DNA of 64,000 bases from the human T2T-CHM13v2.0 reference genome, Homo sapiens. The stretch's first letter is position 1; every line of letters starts with the position of its first letter. Location of the stretch: assembly GCF_009914755.1 (NCBI RefSeq), contig NC_060934.1; one strand, given 5' to 3'. The notes beneath the pieces were generated by a model that saw nothing but the letters and a program-made list of their open reading frames with translations, was not told the origin of the DNA and ran no database searches. This document shows, in pieces, positions 51,679 to 62,876 of the stretch. The translations under genes and the position numbers were made by a program.

Positions 51679-53373
51679 GAATTCTCAGTAACTTCTTTGT
51701 GTTGTGTGTATTCAACTCACAGAGTTGAACCTTTCTTGAGAGACAGCAGAGTTGAAACACTCTTTTTGTGGAATTTGCTAGTGCGGATTTCAAACGCTTC
51801 GAAGACAGTGATAGAAAAGGATATATCTTCGTATTAAAACTAGACAAAATCATTCTCAGAAAACACTTTGTGATGTGTGTGTTCAACTCACAGAGTTTAA
51901 CCTTTCTTTAATCGAGCAGTTTGGAAATACACTCTTTGTAAGTCTGCAGGTGGATAATTGTCCCTCTATGAGCCCTTCGTTGGAAACGGGATTTCCTCAT
52001 ATAATGCTAGACAGAAGAATTCTCAGTAACTTCTTTGTGTTGTTTGTATTCAACTCACAGATTTGAACCTTCCTTTAGAGAGAGCAGATTTGAAACACCC
52101 TGTTTTTGGAATTTCCAAGTGCAGATTTCAAGCGCTTCTAGGCCTATGGCAGAAAAGGAAATATCTTCGTATAAAAACTACACAGAATCATTCTCAACAA
52201 CTACTTTGTGATGTGTGCCTTCAACTCACACAGTTTAACCTTTCTTTTCATAGAGCAGTTTGGAAACACTCTGTTTGTAAAGTCTGCAGGTGCTTATTTG
52301 GACTTCTTTGAGGCCTTCGTTGGAAACGGGATTTCTTCATATAATGCTAGACAGAAGAATTCACAGTCACTTCCTTGTGTTGTGTTTATTCAAGTCACAG
52401 AGTTGAACCTTCCTTTAGACACAGCAGTTTTGAAAAACTCTTTCTGTGGAATTTGCAAGTGGAGATTTCAAGCGATTTGAGGCTAATCTTTGAAATGGAA
52501 ATATCTTCGTGTAAAAACTACACAGAATCATTCTCAGAAACTGCTTTGTTATGTGTGCGTTCAGCTCACAGAGTTCCACCTTTCTTTTCATAGAGCTGTT
52601 TGGAAAGACTCTGTCTGTAAAGTCTGCAAGTGATTACTTGGACCCCTTTGAGGACTTCGTTGGAAGCGGGATTTTTTCATTTACTGCTAGACAGAAGAAT
52701 TCTCATTAAATCCATTGTGTTGTGTGTATTCAACTCACAGAGTGGAACCTTCCTTTATTCAGAGCAGTTTTGAAACAGTCTTTTTGTGGAATTTGCAAGT
52801 GGAGATTTCAAGCGAATTCACGCCAATCTTAGACATGGAAATATCTTCGTGTAAAAACTACACAGAATCATTCGCAGAAACTGCTTTGTCACCTGTGCGT
52901 TCAGTTCAGAGTTTCACCTTTCTCTTCATAGAGCAGTTTGGAAAGACTCTGTCTGTAAAGTCTGCAAGTGATTAGTTAGACCCCTTTGAGGCCTTCGTTG
53001 GAAGCGGGATTTCTCATCTACTGCTAGACAGAAGAATTCTCAGTTAGTCCTTTGTGTTCTGTGTATTCAACTCACAGAGTTGAACCTTCCTTTATTCAGA
53101 GCAGTTTTGAAAAACACTTTTTGTGGAATTTGCAAGTGGAGATTTCAAGCGATTTGACGCCAATCTTAGACATGGAAATATCTTCATATTAAAAGTACAC
53201 AGAATCATTCGTAGAAACTAGTTTGTGATGTGTGCCTTCAACTCACAGAGTTTGACCTTTCTTTTCATAGAGCAGTTTGGAAACACTCTGTTTGTAAAGC
53301 CTGCAAGTGCTTTTTTGGACTTCATTGAGGCCTTCGTTGGAAACGGGATTTCTTCATATAATGCTAGACAGAA
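51679..53373 (+). repeat. Mosaic 10-mer variant (~1695 bp): P Q R S/R S/Q
   Basis: ORF spacing 52063 to 53758 is 1695. Hybrid junctions lie at ~52850 (S-A into R-B) and ~53290 (S-B into Q-B). Confidence 0.85.
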
Positions 53374-56300
53374 GAATTCTCAGTACCTTCTTTGTGTTGT
53401 GTGTATTCAACTCACAGAGTTGAACCTTTCTTTAGAGAGAGCAGAGTTGAAACACTCTTTTTGTGGAATTTGCTAGTGCAGATTTCAAACGCTTCGAAGA
53501 CAGTGATAGAAAAGGATATATCTCCGTATTAAAACTAGACAAAATCATTCTCAGAAAACACTTTGTGATGTGTGTGTTCAACTCACAGAGTTTAACCTTT
53601 CTTTAATCGAGCAGTTTGGAAATACACTCTTTGTAAGTTTGCAGGTAGATAATTGGCCCTCTTTGAGCCCTTCGTTGGAAACGGGATTTCCTCATATAAT
53701 GCTAGACAGAAGAATTCTCAGTAACTTCTTTGTGTTGTTTGTATTCAACTCACAGATTTGAACCTTCCTTTAGAGAGGGCAGATTTGAAACACTCTGTTT
53801 TTAGAATTTGCAAGTGCAAATTTCAAGCGCTTCTAGGCCTATGGCAGAAAAGGAAATATCTTCGTATAAAAACTACACAGAATCATTCTCAACAACTACT
53901 TTGTGATGTGTGCGTTCAACTCACAGAGTTTAACGTTTCTTTTCATAGAGCAGTTTGGAAACACTCTGTTTGTAAACCCTGCAAGTGCTTTTTTGGACTT
54001 CATTGAGGCCTTCGTTGGAAACGGGATTTCTTCATATAATGCTAGACAGAAGAATTCTCAGTCACTTCTTTGTGTTGTGTGTATTCAAGTCACAGAGTTG
54101 AACCTTCCTTTAGACAGAGCAGTTTTGAAAAATTCTTTCTGTGGAGTTGGCAAGTGGAGATTTCAAGCGATTTGAGGCTAATCTTTGAAATGTAAATATC
54201 TTCGTGTAAAAACTACACAGAATCATTCTCAGAAACTGCTTTGTTATCTGTGCGTTCAGTTCACAGAGTTTCACCTTTCTCTTCATAGAGCAGTTTGGAA
54301 AGACTCTGTCTGTAAAGTCTGCAAGTGATTAATTAGACCCCTTTGAGGCCTTCGTTGGAAGCGGGATTTCTCATTTACTGCTAGACAGAAGAATTCTCAG
54401 TAAATCCTTTGTGTTGTGTGTATTCAACTCACAGAGTGGAACCTTCCTTTATTCAGAGCAGTTTTGAAAAACACTTTTTGTGGAATTTGGAAGTGGAGAT
54501 TTCAAGCGATTTGACGCCAATCTTAGAAATGGAAATATCTTCATATTAAAATTACACAGAGTCATTCGTAGAAACTAGTTTGTGATGTGTGCCTTCAACT
54601 CACAGAGTTTAACCTTTCTTTTCATAGAGCAGTTTGGAAACACTCTATTTGTAAAGTCTGCAAGTGGATATTTGGACCTCTTTGAGGCCTTCGTTCGAAA
54701 AGGGATTTCTTCATACAACGCTAGACAGAAGAATTCTCAGTAACTTCTTTGTGTTGTGTGTATTCAACTCACAGAGTTGAACCTTTCTTTAGAGAGAGCA
54801 GAGTTGAAACACTCTGTTTTTGGAATTTGCAAGTGCAGATTTCAAGCGCTTCTAGGCCTATGGCAGAAAAGGAAATATCTTCGTATAAAAACTACACAGA
54901 ATCATTCTCAACAACTACTTTGTGATGTGTGCGTTCAACTCACAAAGTTTAACCTTTCTTTTCATAGAGAAGTTTGGAAACACTCTGTTTGTAAAGCCTG
55001 CAAGTGCTTTTTTGGACTTCATTGAGGCCTTCGTTGGAAACGGGATTTCTTCATATAATGCTAGACAGAAGAATTCTCAGTAAATCCTTTGTGTTGTGTG
55101 TATTCAACTAACAGAGTGGAACCTTCCTTTATTCAGAGCAGTTTTGAAAGACTCTTTTTGTGGAATTTGCAAGTGGAGATTTCAAGCGATTTGACGCCAA
55201 TCTTAGACATGGAAATACCTTCATATTAAAAGTACACAGAGTCATTCGTAGAAACTAGTTTGTGATGTGTGCCTTCAACTCACAGAGTTTAACCTTTCTT
55301 TTCATAGAGCAGTTCGGAAACACTCTATTTGTAAAGTCTGCAAGTGGATATTTGGACCTCTTTGAGGCCTTCGTTGGAAACGGGATTTCTTCATATAACG
55401 CTAGACAGAAGAATTCTCAGTAACTTCTTTGTGTTGTGTGTATTCAACTCACAGAGTTGAACCTTTCTTTAGAGAGAGCAGAGTTGAAACACTCTTTTTG
55501 TGGAATTTGCTAGTGCAGATTTCAAACGCTTCGAAGACAGTGATAGAAAAGGACATATCTTCGTATTAAAACTAGACAAAATCATTCTCAGAAAACACTT
55601 TGTGATGTGTGTGTTCAACTCACAGAGTTTAACCTTTCTTTAATCGAGCAGTTTGGAAATACACTCTTTGTAAGTCTGCAGGTGGATAATGGGCCCTCTT
55701 TGAGCCCTCGTTTTAAACGGGATTTCCTCATATAATGCTAGACAGAAGAATTCTCAGTAACTTCTTTGTGTTGTTTGTATTCAACTCACAGATTTGAACC
55801 TTCCTTTAGAGAGAGCAGATTTGAAACACTCTGTTTTTGGAATTAGCAAGTGCAGATTTCAAGCGCTTCTAGGCCTATGGCAGAAAAGGAAATATCTTCG
55901 TATAAAAACTACACAGAATCATTCTCAACAACTACTTTGTGATGTGTGCGTTCAACTCACAGAGTTTAACCTTTCTTTTCATACAGCAGTTTGGAAACAC
56001 TCTGTTTGTAAAGCCTGCGAGTGCTTTTTTGGACTTCATTGAGGCCTTCGTTGGAAACGGGATTTCTTCATATAATGCTAGACAGAAGTATTCTCAGTCA
56101 CTTCTTTGTGTTGTGTGTATTCAAGTCACAGAGTTGAACCTTCCTTTAGACAGAGCAGTTTTGAAAAATTCTTTCTGTGGAATTTGCAAGTGGAGATTTC
56201 AAGCGATTTGAGGCTAATCTTTGAAATGGAAATATCTTCGTGTAAAAACTACACAGATTCATTCTCAGAAACTGCTTTGTTATCTGTGCGTTCAGTTCAC

Positions 56301-59300
56301 AGAGTTTCACCTTTCTCTTCATAGAGCAGTTTGGAAAGACTCTGTCTGTAAAGTCTGCAAGTGATTAGTTAGACCCCTTTGAGGCCTTCGTTGGAAGCGG
56401 GATTTCTCATTTACTGTTAGACAGAAGAATTCTCAGTAAATCCTTTGTGTTGTGTGTATTCAACTCACAGAGTTGAACCTTCCTTTATTCAGAGCAGTTT
56501 TGAAAAACACTTTTTGTGGAATTTGCAAGTGGAGATTTCAAGCGATTTGACGCCAATCTTAGACATGGAAATATCTTCATATTAAAAGTACACAGAGTCA
56601 TTCGTAGAAACTAGTTTGTGATGTGTGCCTTCAACTCACAGAGTTTAACCTTTCTTTTCATAGAGCAGTTTGGAAACACTCTATTTGTAAAGTCTGCAAG
56701 TGGATATTTGGACCTCTTTGAGGCCTTCGTTCGAAAAGGGATTTCTTCATACAACGCTAGACAGAAGAATTCTCAGTAACTTCTTTGTGTTGTGTGTATT
56801 CAACTCACAGAGTTGAACCTTTCTTTAGAGAGAGCAGAGTTGAAACACCCTGTTTTTGGAATTTGCAAGTGCAGATTTCAAGCGCTTCTAGGCCTATGGC
56901 AGAAAAGGAAATATCTTCGTATAAAAACTACACAGAATCATTCTCAACAACTACTTTGTGATGTGTGCGTTCAACTCACAAAGTTTAACCTTTCTTTTCA
57001 TAGAGAAGTTTGGAAACACTCTGTTTGTAAAGCCTGCAAGTGCTTTTTTGGACTTCATTGAGGCCTTCTTTGGAAACGGGATTTCTTCATATAATGCTAG
57101 ACAGAAGAATTCTCAGTAAATCCTTTGTGTTGTGTGTATTCAACTCACAGAGTGGAACCTTCCTTTATTCAGAGCAGTTTTGAAAGACTCTTTTTGTGGA
57201 ATTTGCAAATGGAGATTTCAAGCGACTTGATGCCAATCTTAGACATGGAAATATCTTCATATTAAAAGTACACAGAGTCATTCGTAGAAACTAGTTTGTG
57301 ATGTGTGCCTTCAACTCACAGAGTTTAACCTTTCTTTTCATAGAGCAGTTCGGAAACACTCTATTTGTAAAGTCTGCAAGTGGTTATTTGGACCTCTTTG
57401 AGGCCTTCGTTGGAAACGGGATTTCTTCATATAACGCTAGACAGAAGAATTCTCAGTAACTTCTTTGTGTTGTGTGTATTCAACTCACAGAGTTGAACGT
57501 CTCTTTAGAGAGAGCAGAGTTGAAACACTCTTTTTGTGGAATTTGCTAGTGCAGATTTCAAACGCTTCGAAGACAGTGATAGAAAAGGATATATCTCCGT
57601 ATTAAAACTAGACAAAATCATTCTCAGAAAACACTTTGTGATGTGTGTGTTCAACTCACAGAGATTAACCTTTCTTTAATCGAGCAGTTTGGAAATACAC
57701 TCTTTGTAAGTCTGCAGGTGGATCATTGGCCCTCTTTGAGCCCTTTGTTGGAAACGGGATTTCCTCATATAATGCTAGACAGAAGAATTCTCAGTAACTT
57801 CTTTGTGTTGTTTGTATTCAACTCACAGATTTGAACCTTCCTTTAGAGAGAGCAGATTTGAAACACTCTGTTTTTGGAATTTGCAAGTGCAGATTTCAAG
57901 CGATTCTAGGCCTATGGCAGAAAAGGAAATATCTTCGTATAAAAACTACACAGAATCATTCTCAACAACTTCTTTGTGATGTGTGCGTTCAACTCACAGA
58001 GTTTAACCTTTCTTTTCATAGAGCAGTTTGGAAACACTCTGTTTGTAAAGCCTGCAAGTGCTTTTTTGGACTTCATTGAGGCCTTCGTTGGAAACGGGAT
58101 TTCTTCATATAATGCTAGACAGAAGAATTCTCAGTCACTTCTTTGTGTTGTGTGTATTCAAGTCACAGAGTTGAACCTTCCTTTAGACAGAGCAGTTTTG
58201 AAAAATTCTTTCTGTGGAATTTGCAAGTGGAGATTTCAAGCGATTTGAGGCTAATCTTTGAAATGGAAATATCTTCGTGTAAAAACTACACAGAATCATT
58301 CTCAGAAACTGCTTTGTCATCTGTGCGTTCAGTTCACAGAGTTTCACCTTTCTCTTCATAGAGCAGTTTGGAAAGACTCTGTCTGTAAAGTCTGCAAGTG
58401 ATTAGTTAGACCCCTTTGAGGCCTTCGTTGGAAGCGGGATTTCTCATTTACTGCTAGACAGAAGAATTCTCAGTAAATCCTTTGTGTTGTGTGTATTCAA
58501 CTCACAGAGTTGAACCTTCCTTTATTCAGAGCAGTTTTGAAAAACACTTTTTGTGGAATTTGGAAGTGGAGATTTCAAGCGATTTGACGCCAATCTTAGA
58601 CATGGAAATATCTTCATATTAAAAGTACACAGAGTCATTCGTAGAAACTAGTTTGTGATGTGTGCCTTCAACTCACAGAGTTTGACCTTTCTTTTCATAG
58701 AGCAGTTTGGAACACTCTATTTGTAATGTCTGCAAGTGGATATTTGGACCTCTTTGAGGCCTTCGTTGGAAAAGGAATTTCTTCATACAACGCTAGACAG
58801 AAGAATTCTCAGTAACTTCTTTGTGTTGTGTGTATTCAACTCACAGAGTTGAACCTTTCTTTAGAGAGAGCAGAGTTGAAACACTCTGTTTTTGGAATTT
58901 GCAAGTGCAGATTTCAAGCGATTCTAGGCCTATGGCAGAAAAGGAAATATCTTCGTATAAAAACTACACAGAATCATTCTCAACAACTACTTTGTGATGT
59001 GTGCGTTCAACTCACAAAGTTTAACCTTTCTTTTCATAGAGAAGGTTGGAAACACTCTGTTTGTAAAGCCTGCAAGTGCTTTTTTGGACTTCATTGAGGC
59101 CTTCGTTGGAAACGGGATTTCTTCATATAATGCTAGACAGAAGAATTCTCAGTAAATCCTTTGTGTTGTGTTTATTCAACTCACAGAGTGGAACCTTCCT
59201 TTATTCAGAGCAGTTTTGAAACACTCTTTTTGTGGAATTTGCAAGTGGAGATTTCAAGCGATTTGACGCCAATCTTAGACATGGAAATATCTTCATATTA

Positions 59301-61519
59301 AAAGTACACAGATTCATTCGTAGAAACTAGTTTGTGATGTGTGCCTTCAACTCACAGAGTTTAACCTTTCTTTTCATAGAGCAGTTCGGAAACACTCTAT
59401 TTGTAAAGTCTGCAAGTGGATATTTGGACCTCTTTGAGGCCTTGGTTGGAAACGGGATTTCTTCATATAACGCTAGACAGAAGAATTTTCAGTAACTTCC
59501 TTGTGTTGTGTGTATTCAACTCACAGAGTTGAACTTTTCTTTAGAGAGAGCAGAGTTGAAACACTCTTTTTGTGGAATTTGCTAGTGCAGATTTCAAACG
59601 CTTCGAAGACAGTGATAGAAAAGGATATATCTTCGTATTAAAACTAGACAAAATCATTCTCAGAAAACACTTTGTGATGTGTGTGTTCAACTCACAGAGT
59701 TTAACCTTTCTTTAATCGAGCAGTTTGGAAATACACTCTTTGTAAGTCTGCAGGTGGATAATTGGCCCTCTTTGAGCCCTTCGTTGGAAACGGGATTTCC
59801 TCATATAATGCTAGACAGAAGAATTCTCAGTAACTTCTTTGTGTTGTTTGTATTCAACTCACAGATTTGAACCTTCCTTTAGAGAGAGCAGATTTGAAAC
59901 ACTCTGTTTTTGGAATTTGCAAGTGCAGATTTCAAGCGCTTCTAGGCCTATGGCAGAAAAGGAAATATCTTCGTATAAAAACTACACAGAATCATTCTCA
60001 ACAACTACTTTGTGATGTGTGCGTTCAACTCACAGAGTTTAACCTTTCTTTTCATAGAGCAGTTTGGAAACACTCTGTTTGTAAAGCCTGCAAGTGCTTT
60101 TTTGGACTTCATTGAAGCCTTCGTTGGAAACGGGATTTCTTCATATAACGCTAGACAGAAGAATTCTCAGTCACTTCTTTGTGTTGTGTGTATTCAAGTC
60201 ACAGAGTTGAACCTTCCTTTAGACAGAGCAGTTTTGAAAAATTCTTTCTGTGGAATTTGCAAGTGGAGATTTCAAGCGATTTGAGGCTAATCTTTGAAAT
60301 GGAAATATCTTCGTGTAAAAACTACACAGAATCATTCTCAGAAACTGCTTTGTCATCTGTGCGTTCAGTTCACAGAGTTTCACCTTTCTCTTCATAGAGC
60401 AGTTTGGAAAGACTCTGTCTGTAAAGTCTGCAAGTGATTAGTTAGACCCCTTTGAGGCCTTCGTTGGAAGCGGGATTTCTCATTTACTGCTAGACAGAAG
60501 AATTCTCAGTAAATCCTTTGTGTTGTGTGTATTCAACTCACAGAGTGGAACCTTCCTTTATTCAGAGCAGTTTTGAAAAACACTTTTTGTGGAATTTGCA
60601 AGCGGAGATTTCAAGCGATTTGACGCCAATCTTAGACATGGAAATATCTTCATATTAAAAGTACACAGAGTCATTCGTAGAAACTAGTTTGTGATGTGTG
60701 CCTTCAAATCACGGAGTTTGACCTTTCTTTTCATAGAGCAGTTTGGAAACACTCTATTTGTAAAGTCTGCAAGTGGATATTTGGACCTCTTTGAGGCCTT
60801 CGTTGGAAAAGGAATTTCTTCATACAACGCTAGACAGAAGAATTCTCAGTAACTTCTTTGTGTTGTGTGTATTCAACTCACAGAGTTGAACCTTTCTTTA
60901 GAGAGAGGAGAGTTGAAACACTCTGTTTTTGGAATTTGCAAGTGCAGATTTCAAGCGATTCTAGGCCTATGGCAGAAAAGGAAATATCTTCGTATAAAAA
61001 CTACACAGAATCATTCTCAACAACTACTTTGTGATGTGTGCGTCCATCTCACAAAGTTTAACCTTTCTTTTCATAGGGCAGTTTGGAAAAACTCTGTTTG
61101 TAAAGCCTGCAAGTGCTTTTTGGGACTTCATTGAGGCCTTCGTTGGAAACGGGACTTCTTCATATAATGCTAGACAGAAGAATTCTCAGTAAATCCTTTG
61201 TGTTGTGTGTATTCAACTCACAGTGTGGAACCTTCCTTTATTCAGAGCAGTTTTGAAAGACTCTTTTTGTGGAATTTGCAAGTGGAGATTTCAAGCGATT
61301 TGACGCCAATCTTAGACATGGAAATATCTTCATATTAAAAGTACACAGAGTCATTCGTAGAAACTAGTTTGTGATGTGTGCCTTCAAATCACGGAGTTTA
61401 ACCTTTCTTTTCATAGAGCAGATCGGAAACACTCTATTTGTAAAGTCTGCAAGTGGATATTTGGACCTCTTTGAGGCCTTCGTTGGAAACGGGATTTCTT
61501 CATATAACGCTAGACAGAA

Positions 61520-62876
61520 GAATTCTCAGTAACTTCTTTGTGTTGTGTGTATTCAACTCACAGAGTTGAACCTTTCTTTAGAGAGAGCAGAGTTGAAACA
61601 CTCTTTTTGTGGAATTTGCTAGTGCAGATTTCAAACGCTTCGAAGACAGTGATAGAAAAGGATATATCTTCGTATTAAAACTAGACAAAATCATTCTCAG
61701 AAAACACTTTGTGATGTGTGTGTTCAACTCACAGAGTTTAACCTTTCTTTAATCGAGCAGTTTGGAAATACACTCTTTGTAAGTCTGCAGGTGGATAATT
61801 GTCCCTCTTTGAGCCCTTCGTTGGAAACGGGATTTCCTCATATAATGCTAGACAGAAGAATTCTCAGTAACTTCTTTGTGTTGTTTGTATTCAACTCACA
61901 GATTTGAACCTTCCTTTAGAGAGAGCAGATTTGAAACACTCTGTTTTTGAATTTGCAAGTGCAGATTTCAAGCGCTTCTGGGCCTATGGCAGAAAAGGAA
62001 ATATCTTCGTATAAAAACTACACAGAATCATTCTCAACAACTACTTTGTGATGTGTGCGTTCAACTCACAGAGTTTAACCTTTCTTTTCATAGAGCAGTT
62101 TGGAAACACTCTGTTTGTAAAGCCTGCAAGTGCTTTTTTGGACTTCATTGAGGTCTTCGTTGGAAACGGGATTTCTTCATATAATGCTAGACAGAAGAAT
62201 TCTCAGTCACTTCTTTGTGTTGTTTGTATTGAAGTCACAGAGGTGAACCTTCCTTTAGACAGAGCAGTTTTGAAAAATACTTTCTGTGGAATTTGCAAGT
62301 GGAGATTTCAAGCGATTTGAGGCTAATCTTTGAAATGGAAATATCTTCGTATAAAAACTACACAGAATCATTCTCAACAACTACTTTGTGATGTGTGCGT
62401 TCAACTCACAAAGTTTAACCTTTCTTTTCATAGAGAAGTTTGGAAACACTCTGTTTGTAAAGCCTGCAAGTGCTTTTTTGGACTTCATTGAGGCCTTCGT
62501 TGGAAACGGGATTTCTTCATATAATGCTAGACAGAAGAATTCTCAGTAAATCCTTTGTGTTGTGTGTATTCAACTCACAGAGTGGAACCTTCCTTTATTC
62601 AGAGCAGTTTTGAAACACTCTTTTTGTGGAATTTGCAAGTGGAGATTTCAAGCGATTTGACGCCAATCTTAGACATGGAAATATCTTCATATTAAAAGTA
62701 CACAGAGTCATTCGTAGAAACTAGTTTGTGATGTGTGCCTTCAAATCACGGAGTTTAACCTTTCTTTTCATAGAGCAGTTCGGAAACACTCTATTTCTAA
62801 AGTCTGCAAGTGGATATTTTGACCTCTTTGAGGCCTTCTTTGGAAACGGGATTTCTTCATATAACGCTAGACAGAA
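61520..62876 (+). repeat. Derived 8-mer variant (1357 bp): P Q R/Q' S', a 4-monomer deletion from the 12-mer
   Basis: ORF spacing 61716 to 63073 is 1357. ggctaatctttgaaatggaaatatcttcgt is joined directly to ataaaaactacacagaatcattctcaacaa at ~62350. Confidence 0.9.
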
